Source: a bacterium (GTDB taxonomy: Bacteria > SZUA-182 > DTGQ01 > JAFGSM01). From it: a stretch of DNA of 20,114 bases. The translations under genes and the position numbers were made by a program. This document shows, in pieces, positions 1 through 6,689 of this stretch. Location: positions 1 to 20,114 of the forward strand of contig JBLIRN010000047.1 of NCBI GenBank assembly GCA_049472315.1, read 5' to 3'. Each line of letters starts with the position of its first letter. Positions within the stretch are counted from its first letter, which is position 1. Under the pieces are notes generated by a model. It was not told the origin of the DNA, made no database searches, and was given only the letters and a program-made list of their open reading frames with translations.

Positions 1-40
1 GCTGGATCTCTAAGAGCCCTTCCCTGATGATGTCGAGCAT
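1..40 (-). CDS. atpF: F0F1 ATP synthase subunit b, N-terminal fragment (runs off the window)
   Basis: ATG at 40-38 reads MLDIIREGLLEIQ...; a GGGAGGG RBS lies upstream; it sits directly after atpE in the usual atpB-E-F order. Only 13 codons are visible. Confidence 0.7.
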   Translation of the reverse strand, partial: MLDIIREGLLEIQ

Positions 41-61
41 CGGACCATCCCCCTCCCGTTG

Positions 62-292
62 CTACTTGGTGGCCACGATGATACAGATCACCAGGGCGAA
101 GAGGGCGATCCCCTCGACGAGGGCTGCGCCGATGAGCATGGTGGCCCTGAGGGGATTCAGGGTATCCGGCTGCCTGGCGATCCCCTGAAGGGATGCCCCG
201 CCGATCAGACCAATCCCGATGCCGGCGCCCACTGCCGTCAATCCTGCGCCGAGTGCGGCTCCTAATGCTGCGATGTTTGGTACCATATCCAT
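62..292 (-). CDS. atpE: F0F1 ATP synthase subunit c
   Basis: 76 aa with two hydrophobic helices, a GAGIGIG glycine motif, the ARQP loop and the conserved Glu in LVEGIALF; AGGAGG RBS. Confidence 0.97.
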   Translation of the reverse strand: MDMVPNIAALGAALGAGLTAVGAGIGIGLIGGASLQGIARQPDTLNPLRATMLIGAALVEGIALFALVICIIVATK

Positions 293-334
293 ACCCTCCT
301 TTGTGTGCTACACGTTACTGTTAAACGCTACCTT

Positions 335-1108
335 TCAATGCGCCTCTCCCGCCATACCGACAAAGATGGCGGAGAGAAAGGTGAATATATATGCCTGCAG
401 CAGGCATATGAAGATCTCCAGCAGACTTACCGCCACTGCAGTGGGTACCGTAAAGATCCCGATGAAGACATTCTTGAACATGATGACCAGGTAGAGGATC
501 ACAAAGATGACGATATGCCCTGCCAGCATGTTGGCAAACAACCGTATCATGAGGGCGAAGGGCTTGCTGAACATGCTGATGAATTCGTTCAGCCCTATGA
601 TCGGGGCAAGGAACCACGGCACCCCCTCGGGCACCAGGTGCTTCCAGTACGTCAGGGGACCGTTCAAGACCATGCCGTACACCTGCGTAAAGACAAAGGT
701 GACCAAAGCTAATCCCATGGTAACCGCCAGGTTCGAGGTCACGGTCACCGAATGGGGGATCAGACCCATCAGGTTGCACGCCAGGATGAACAGGAACTGG
801 GTGCAGAAGAAGTGCAGGTATGCCCGCTCCCTGGAAGGTCCTATGAAGGGGCGGACAATGTCATCCCGGACGAACTCGATGAAAAGCTCCAGCATGACCA
901 TGGAGCGGTCCGGGGCGCCGGTCCCCCGCTTCCTGTACTTCCGGGCGATCATATACAGGCCGAAAAAAAGCAATGCGGAGGTGATCCACATGAAGATCAC
1001 GTACTTCGTGATGCTCATATCGAGGCCGAAGAACCTCATGCGCACCACAACGTTGTCCGACAGGTGATGGGTCAGAAGCTCGAATATATTGTCCGAAGGA
1101 TGAGTCAT
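335..1108 (-). CDS. atpB: F0F1 ATP synthase subunit a (257 aa, start MTHPSDN)
   Basis: Motifs KPFALMIRLFANMLAGH (essential Arg), NLMGLIP and LLQAYIFTFLS. Start re-set to ATG 1108 because the extra 111 codons in the ORF track are not subunit-a-like. Confidence 0.95.
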   Translation of the reverse strand: MTHPSDNIFELLTHHLSDNVVVRMRFFGLDMSITKYVIFMWITSALLFFGLYMIARKYRKRGTGAPDRSMVMLELFIEFVRDDIVRPFIGPSRERAYLHFFCTQFLFILACNLMGLIPHSVTVTSNLAVTMGLALVTFVFTQVYGMVLNGPLTYWKHLVPEGVPWFLAPIIGLNEFISMFSKPFALMIRLFANMLAGHIVIFVILYLVIMFKNVFIGIFTVPTAVAVSLLEIFICLLQAYIFTFLSAIFVGMAGEAH

Positions 1109-1267
1109 ACCCTTACCGTACCCCCATACTTCACAACAAGGTGTCAATCCCCGTGATCGAGGTTTAATGGTTGATGGATGGTGATAGACATCGGCACTGA
1201 CACCTCTGTGTCTAATTCCTTTATCGGCCGGGGATGACGAAAACTTTACGCAAATCGCGCATGTAAC

Positions 1268-1297
1268 AACGTAAGTGCTATAAAAAATGCCCGTCAA
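1268..1297 (-). promoter_or_regulatory. Candidate sigma70 promoter for the atp operon
   Basis: Minus strand TTGACG-N18-TACGTT, about 160 nt upstream of atpB. Confidence 0.4.
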
Positions 1298-1435
1298 ATT
1301 GATATAAGAAACCTCCTCGGGAGGGTTGACCAGTTCCAGAGAGTGGTCGTTGTATGGGATAAGGCCCGAAAAACCCTCATCACTCCTTGCCTCAGGGGTA
1401 GTAAAGGTCATCGGGTCGCGGGAGCGCGATTGTTG

Positions 1436-1464
1436 TTGCACGACGCCCCGCGCTTTAGTAAGCT
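1436..1464 (+). promoter_or_regulatory. Candidate sigma70 promoter for the RiPP-like operon
   Basis: TTGCAC-N17-TAAGCT, 56 nt before the TTG start at 1521. The same TTGCAC -35 occurs at 6610. Confidence 0.55.
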
Positions 1465-1520
1465 ATGAGAAACCACGATTCACTGGATGAACACCAAAGA
1501 ACTCCGGAGGAGCGAGTAGT

Positions 1521-2489
1521 TTGGAAACCCATAATCCTCACAGAGCGATTACTGGCAACCCTCCCGACCCTACCATTCTGTCCGGGAAGGAATCCTATCA
1601 CCTGCGGTTTCGTTTCGAATACGGCTTTCTTGACGACGGGACCCTCTGGATCAGGACCCCCACAAAGGGCCTGTTCCACGTCGACTGGCTCACCCTTCGC
1701 CTGCTCCTGGAATTGAACACGGGAATACCGCTGGAGACGCTCTGCAAAAAGTATAAGGTTGATCCCCAGGAACTCGGAAGGCTCCTGACCAACCTGCAGC
1801 AGGAGGGGGCCGTCGTTTCCCCCAGGGAGGGGAAGATCTCCCAGGCATACCAGACGGATGACATCCATATCGCCCCCTTCGTGTTTCTCTTCATCCTGCT
1901 CGCCGCGATCCAGATCGAATATTTCCAGGGCGTGGCCCACACCTTTCGCCTCAGTCATTGGTACGAGACCCTGCTCCTCGGGCTTTTCTCCATGCTCCCC
2001 ATCATACTGCACGAACTGGGACACTATCTCACCTCGCGCCCCTACTTCCCTCCACGCCTCGGATTCACCTTCCTGTGGGTCTTCCCCGCGGTCTATATCG
2101 ATACCCATCCGTCCTGGTGCCTGCCGCGCAACATTCGCCTGCTCATCAACTCGGCGGGGCTCCTCGCGGACCTCGTGTTCAACACCCTGCTGATCTTTCT
2201 GGCGCTCTACAACCCCTCCCTGGAATACTACGTGACGCCGCTGCTCATACTGCAGTACACCCGCTGGAGCATCATTCTCAATCCCCTGGTGAACGGCGAC
2301 GGATATTGGCTCCTTTCCGACTTCACCCGGACCATCAACTTGCGCCAGAAGGCCTGGAAGTACCTGCGCACCCGGCGTTTTCACTGGCTTTCACTCTACG
2401 GGTTGCTCGCGCTCCTCTTCTCGCTCTTCTCGGTGCTGGGACTCATCTGGTTTGCGGTCAACCTGTTTCGCATTGGTATATCATTATGA
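1521..2489 (+). CDS. M50 (site-2) family membrane zinc metallopeptidase, YydH-like, with an N-terminal RRE/PqqD-like domain
   Basis: HELGH zinc motif (2010-2024), PAVYID...W.LP...RLLINSAG segment, NPLVNGDG third-ligand motif and several TM helices. The first ~100 aa have a three-strand/three-helix pattern ending LLTNLQQEGAV. GGAGGAG RBS 8 nt before TTG. Confidence 0.85.
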   Translation: METHNPHRAITGNPPDPTILSGKESYHLRFRFEYGFLDDGTLWIRTPTKGLFHVDWLTLRLLLELNTGIPLETLCKKYKVDPQELGRLLTNLQQEGAVVSPREGKISQAYQTDDIHIAPFVFLFILLAAIQIEYFQGVAHTFRLSHWYETLLLGLFSMLPIILHELGHYLTSRPYFPPRLGFTFLWVFPAVYIDTHPSWCLPRNIRLLINSAGLLADLVFNTLLIFLALYNPSLEYYVTPLLILQYTRWSIILNPLVNGDGYWLLSDFTRTINLRQKAWKYLRTRRFHWLSLYGLLALLFSLFSVLGLIWFAVNLFRIGISL

Positions 2490-2517
2490 GGGTCTAACCT
2501 GTTCGAGGGAGACGACA

Positions 2518-4524
2518 ATGAACTATGCATTTCTGAAGATACTGTTGATCATATTGGGCGGTATTGCCCTCATAGGATCTTCGATGAAGATCATGAAGGA
2601 ATATGAACGGGCCGTGGTATTCCGCCTTGGAAAACTGCTCGCCACCAAGGGTCCCGGCCTGATATTCCTTATCCCCCTCTTTGACCGGATCAAGACGGTG
2701 GACCTTCGGCTGGTATCCATCGATGTTCCGCGGCAGGATATCATGACCCGAGACAATGTGCCGGTCACCGTGGACGCGGTGGTCTATTTTCAGATCACCG
2801 ACCCCTCGTGCGCGGTCATCACGATCCAGGACATCTATCAGTCCACCTTCCTCATTGCCCAGGCGACGCTTCGCAACGTGCTCGGGCAGGTGGAGTTGGA
2901 TGATCTGCTCAGCCAGCAGACCAAGATAAACGAACAACTGGAGAAGATCATCTCCGTACACACCAAACAGTGGGGGATCCGGATCTCCATCGTGGAGATC
3001 AAGGAGGTCACCCTGCCCGAGCAGATGAAACGGGCCATGGCCAAACAGGCGGAGACGGAGCGGGAGCGGAGGGCCAGGCTCATCGATGCCCAGGCAGAGT
3101 ATCAGGCCTCCCGGACCCTGGCGGATGCGGGAAGGATCCTCGCCCAGAATCCTCAGGGATTGCAGCTCCGCTACCTGCAAACCCTTCGGGATATCTCCTC
3201 GAACAAGGGTTCCACCATCCTCTTCCCCATGCCGCTAAACCTCCTGAGCCCCTTCCTGGACAGGGTGGGCGAGGTGTTAAAGACCGCCCGGGACATCCAG
3301 CCGTCGGGTACGGAATCCCCTCCTGTTGAGGGTGATGCAGCAGCCCCGGCTGCCGAATCCCTCCCGGTAAAGGGAAAGACAGCGATCCCGACTGCGGAGC
3401 CACCTATCGCGTACCGAAAAACCTCACCCCAAGCGGCTGCTCCGGAAGGGGCCGGCGCGCCCGAGTCGCTCATTGATCGCTATACCACGCGCACCGCGGA
3501 GGGGGGGTTGGTGCCGCGGTTCGTGCAATGGGTGGTCACCGAGCGATGCCAGTTTGAATGCCCTCACTGCGATACAGCAGCCGGGGGGAAACAAAACACC
3601 GAGCTCACCACTGACCAGGCACAAAAGGTGGTGGACGACCTTGCGGGCATGGGATGCGAGTTCCTCTCCCTTACCGGCGGAGAGCCGATGCTGCGCGATG
3701 ACCTTTTTACTATCGCCGGCTATGCCAAGGGAAAGGGGCTTCCCCTCGGCCTGACCACCAATGGGCAGGTCATCGAGGAACACCTTGCCGCGCTCGCCGA
3801 TCTCAACCTCGATTCGGTGGTGGTGACCCTGGACGGCTACGGCGACGTCCAAAACAGGATACGCAATACGCAGGATTCCTATGAGCGAGGGATCAGGGGG
3901 ATCGAATTCTTCCACGATATCGGCGTGCCCAGGATCTGCGTGTCCACGATCCTCCTCGAGAACAGCCTCGGGGGGCTCCCCCGTCTGGCGGAGGATGTGT
4001 TCAGGGCGGGCGCGAATCTGATGCAGATACAGCCGCAGGTATACCAAAACGGCCGGCCGGAGCGCAACACGCCCGATGCAGTGAAGGGGGCATTCAAGTT
4101 CATCCTGGAGGCCCGAACACGCGGGTTCCCCGTGGAGGCGGGGGAACAATTCGGCTACCTTGGTCCCCTGGAGCAATTCCTGCGTCCATCCCCGTTCTTC
4201 TGCGGGTGCGGTTGGAACACCTTTTGCATTACTACCAATGGAACGATCCAGGGCTGTCAGGCCATGTCCCGTCCGGATATCCGTGAGGGAAACTGCACGA
4301 AGGATACACCAAGCATAATATGGCAGGAGGGATTCGCGTCTTTTCGTAAAGAAACACCCGAATCCCTTCCGGAGGGATGTCGGCGATGTCCTCACCTTTC
4401 CGTGTGCAGGGGGGGATGCTGGATCCTCCGCGTTTATGGGTTGAATCCCTGCTTCCTGCTTGAGGCGGAGCAGGTTCACCGGGAGATTACCGATGCAGCA
4501 GCGCTATATCCTCAAACTCCTTAA
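2518..4524 (+). CDS. Fusion of a stomatin/SPFH (band 7) domain, a Pro/Ala linker and a radical SAM/SPASM domain (668 aa)
   Basis: N-terminal TM helix, then EYERAVVFRLGK, GPGLIFLIP, TRDNVPVTVDAVVYF, AQATLRNVLG and LQLRYLQTL (stomatin signatures). After the linker come CQFECPHC (3547-3570), LTGGEP and a SPASM Cys array ending CRRC-x5-CRGGC-x10-C. ATG 2518 has an AGGGAG RBS. Confidence 0.9.
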   Translation: MNYAFLKILLIILGGIALIGSSMKIMKEYERAVVFRLGKLLATKGPGLIFLIPLFDRIKTVDLRLVSIDVPRQDIMTRDNVPVTVDAVVYFQITDPSCAVITIQDIYQSTFLIAQATLRNVLGQVELDDLLSQQTKINEQLEKIISVHTKQWGIRISIVEIKEVTLPEQMKRAMAKQAETERERRARLIDAQAEYQASRTLADAGRILAQNPQGLQLRYLQTLRDISSNKGSTILFPMPLNLLSPFLDRVGEVLKTARDIQPSGTESPPVEGDAAAPAAESLPVKGKTAIPTAEPPIAYRKTSPQAAAPEGAGAPESLIDRYTTRTAEGGLVPRFVQWVVTERCQFECPHCDTAAGGKQNTELTTDQAQKVVDDLAGMGCEFLSLTGGEPMLRDDLFTIAGYAKGKGLPLGLTTNGQVIEEHLAALADLNLDSVVVTLDGYGDVQNRIRNTQDSYERGIRGIEFFHDIGVPRICVSTILLENSLGGLPRLAEDVFRAGANLMQIQPQVYQNGRPERNTPDAVKGAFKFILEARTRGFPVEAGEQFGYLGPLEQFLRPSPFFCGCGWNTFCITTNGTIQGCQAMSRPDIREGNCTKDTPSIIWQEGFASFRKETPESLPEGCRRCPHLSVCRGGCWILRVYGLNPCFLLEAEQVHREITDAAALYPQTP

Positions 4525-5599
4525 GGAGCGACCCAGGTACTTCCTGGACCGGATCAGGTTCTATCCCAAGAACGTGGTCTGGGAGCTCACCCTGCGATGC
4601 AACATGAACTGCGCCCACTGCGGGTCCACCGCCGGACATGCCAGGCAGGAGGAGCTGAATCACGATGAGGCCCTGGATCTCTGCCGCCAGCTCGGGGAGA
4701 TGGGGTGCGAGATTCTCACCCTGCTCGGGGGTGAGCCCTTCATGCGGGAGGACTGGGATGACCTCGCCGTGTGTCTTGGGTCGAACGGGGTGCGGGTGAA
4801 TGCCATCACCAACGGGTATGCCATGGACCAGGCGCTGGCCGACCGGATCACAAAGGCACGCCTCACCAACGTGGCCGTCAGTATCGACGGTCTCAAAAAA
4901 ACACACGAGAAGATCCGCAGAAAGCCCGACTGCTACAAGCGGGCACTGGATGCCCTCGACATCCTTCAAAAAAACGGGATATCCACCGCAGTGGTCACCA
5001 CCATCTGCAGGGACAACCTCCCGGAGCTGGACGGCCTCTACGAGGTGATACTTCAGCAACGGGTGGAGATCTGGCAGATCCAGATAGGGGTTCCCCGTGG
5101 GAGGCTGTGCGAGCACAGCGACTATATCATCCAGCCGGAGAACCTCCCGGAGCTCGAGCGCTTCACCCTGAAGGTGCGGGAGGAACGTCGACTGCGCCTG
5201 GATATTGCGGACAATATCGGCTATTTCGGCAGAAGCGAGGAGGTCCTGAGGGCGGGCCCCACTGCCAGGCTGCCCTTCTGGACCGGCTGTTATGCGGGAA
5301 TCCAGGCCATGGGCGTCGATGCAAACGGGGACATCAAGGGATGCCTCTCCATGCCCTCATTGCCCGAATTCATCGAAGGAAACGTGCGCAAGGAGCCCCT
5401 TAAGGCGATATGGGAGAGGCCGGGGGCCTTTTCCTACAATCGAGATTTTCGAGTGAATATGCTCGAAGGGGATTGCGCGGATTGCGAATACGGTCACATC
5501 TGCCGTGGTGGATGTAAATCCACGGCCTATTGCTTTACCGGTTGCTTTTTCAACAACCCGTATTGCTTTCATCGGATCGAAAGCAAAGGAAGGGAGTGA
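4493..5599 (+). CDS. Radical SAM/SPASM peptide maturase, splicease (PlpX/PcpX)-like (368 aa)
   Basis: VVWELTLRCNMNCAHCGSTAG, LGGEPF.R.DW, WQIQI, DNIGYFG, W.GC.AG...GVDANGDIKGC and CADC-x5-CRGGC-x16-C. GGGAG RBS; overlaps the upstream gene by 32 nt. The rSAM/SPASM call is secure; the splicease subtype is recalled motif similarity. Confidence 0.88.
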   Translation: MQQRYILKLLKERPRYFLDRIRFYPKNVVWELTLRCNMNCAHCGSTAGHARQEELNHDEALDLCRQLGEMGCEILTLLGGEPFMREDWDDLAVCLGSNGVRVNAITNGYAMDQALADRITKARLTNVAVSIDGLKKTHEKIRRKPDCYKRALDALDILQKNGISTAVVTTICRDNLPELDGLYEVILQQRVEIWQIQIGVPRGRLCEHSDYIIQPENLPELERFTLKVREERRLRLDIADNIGYFGRSEEVLRAGPTARLPFWTGCYAGIQAMGVDANGDIKGCLSMPSLPEFIEGNVRKEPLKAIWERPGAFSYNRDFRVNMLEGDCADCEYGHICRGGCKSTAYCFTGCFFNNPYCFHRIESKGRE

Positions 5600-5606
5600 T
5601 ACGACA

Positions 5607-6155
5607 ATGCCGCATATATTCTTTGAACCCCTGGAAAAAAGACAGAGCACGCAGACACTCTTCCCCACGTTCGGCGGCAATACAGCCATAGCCATCTACG
5701 CAGCACCGGTGCCCGAATACGGGGTCGGGATCGGGTACACCCCGCCCTCAAACAACTACCTCCTGTACGGGATCAATCCGCCTTCGAGCGGCTATTCACC
5801 CTGGTCGGGAGGAGGGCTGTTCGGGTGGTCCAATCCCTTTAACAGCTATAATCCATGGAGTTCATGGGGCTCATCGTGGAGCTCTCCCTGGGGATGGGGC
5901 TCATCCTGGAGCTCCCCCTGGGGTTCCGGAAGCTGGTCCTCCCCCTTCGGGGGCTTCTTCGGAGGCTTCTTCGGCGGAATCTTCGGAGGGCTCTTTGGAG
6001 GCTCCTCTCCCTGGTCGTGGGGAGGAAGCCCAAGCTTCCCGGATATCCGGCTTCTGTACGGGGTTTTCCCCAATCCCACCCCTCCAACTGACATCATCGC
6101 CTATTACGGGGTAGGGATACCGAGTGTGAGCTCATTCTCGGGAACACTCTGGTAG
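5607..6155 (+). CDS. Putative RiPP precursor/substrate protein, 182 aa, G/S/P/W/F-rich, with four YG motifs
   Basis: ATG 7 nt after the rSAM stop, with an AGGGAG RBS; last gene before the hairpin. Internal repeats differ only at synonymous third positions. Motifs EYGVGI, LLYGIN, LLYGVF and YYGVGI. Confidence 0.8.
   Translation: MPHIFFEPLEKRQSTQTLFPTFGGNTAIAIYAAPVPEYGVGIGYTPPSNNYLLYGINPPSSGYSPWSGGGLFGWSNPFNSYNPWSSWGSSWSSPWGWGSSWSSPWGSGSWSSPFGGFFGGFFGGIFGGLFGGSSPWSWGGSPSFPDIRLLYGVFPNPTPPTDIIAYYGVGIPSVSSFSGTLW
5865..5951 (+). repeat. Coding tandem repeat, 30 bp x2 plus a degenerate third copy (WGSSWSSPWG)
   Basis: TGGGGCTCATCGTGGAGCTCTCCCTGGGGA versus TGGGGCTCATCCTGGAGCTCCCCCTGGGGT: 27/30 identical, with all three differences silent. 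Confidence 0.9.
5943..6002 (+). repeat. Coding tandem repeat, 12 bp x5 (PFGG-FFGG-FFGG-IFGG-LFGG)
   Basis: Five consecutive xFGG units read directly from the sequence. Confidence 0.9.
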
Positions 6156-6299
6156 GAGGCAGATTGAGTACTGACATGAAATCTCGAGAGCGCATGGGCT
6201 GCATCACCCATAGGATACTGTGCTGTATGCCAAATAAGGTGTAAGGATTGCTCCGGGCTTGCGCCCCCGCAATGATTATGCCCTGCGCCCGATCAAACC

Positions 6300-6338
6300 G
6301 GCAAAAGGCCCGGGGAGACCATCCCCGGGCCTTTTGCC
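6300..6338. terminator. Intrinsic terminator-like hairpin closing the RiPP-like operon
   Basis: Perfect 17-bp inverted repeat GGCAAAAGGCCCGGGGA-gacca-TCCCCGGGCCTTTTGCC with A4/T4 tracts, about 145 nt after the precursor stop. Confidence 0.8.
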
Positions 6339-6609
6339 ATATTCGCCCGGCAGGGCACGCCTGCTTGGTATTCCTGCATGTCCGGAATCGATACCCCAAA
6401 CCCCTTCGGGTATGCAGACGGGCACCCCCTGGCCCGGCTCTGGTATTACATTTGCTACAAAATGCCATAAGGGAAGGCCGCGTCCCCATTTTTTTACTCC
6501 GCAGGAATTGCGGACAGCAATTCGTATGCTGGGCATGTAAGGGAGTGACAAGCAAAGATGTTCGCCCATGCTGATACAAATCGAATTCGATGAATCGCAT
6601 GGGTGAGGT

Positions 6610-6638
6610 TTGCACTGAACCGAGGCGTCGAGTACAAT
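6610..6638 (+). promoter_or_regulatory. sigma70-like promoter of the stand-alone radical SAM gene
   Basis: TTGCAC-N17-TACAAT, 51 nt before ATG 6690. The palindrome ATCGAATTCGAT lies just upstream at 6580-6591. Confidence 0.65.
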
Positions 6639-6689
6639 AAACACAAGGGGAATTTATCCATATCTTTTACGATATAAGGGTAACATTTT

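Noticed and set aside
62..292. Sodium-translocating ATP synthase
   Set aside because: The c subunit lacks the Gln and Glu-Ser/Thr sodium-binding signature.
1109..1441. 111-aa N-terminal extension of AtpB in the ORF track
   Set aside because: Not subunit-a-like, AT-richer intergenic character, and it contains promoter-like elements; ATG 1108 gives a normal length.
3259..3507. Two separate genes (stomatin and rSAM) merged by the ORF caller
   Set aside because: There is no stop in frame and the linker has typical Pro/Ala composition; an internal second start cannot be fully excluded.
5865..6002. CRISPR array or non-coding repeat
   Set aside because: Units are contiguous with no spacers, lengths are multiples of three, and variation is mostly synonymous, so these are coding repeats.
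5839..6097. Antisense ORFs with PPKK/PQGEL repeats
   Set aside because: They are shadows of the plus-strand repeats; the plus-strand ORF has the RBS and operon position.
5607..6155. Sactipeptide, ranthipeptide, lanthipeptide or mycofactocin/PQQ precursor
   Set aside because: The protein has no Cys and none of the MftA or PqqA core motifs, and the matching partner enzymes are absent.
6156..6609. Riboswitch, sRNA or small ORFs in the long intergenic region
   Set aside because: Beyond the terminator and small hairpins I see no recognisable RNA family motif, and the ORFs lack coding character; an Rfam scan would be needed.
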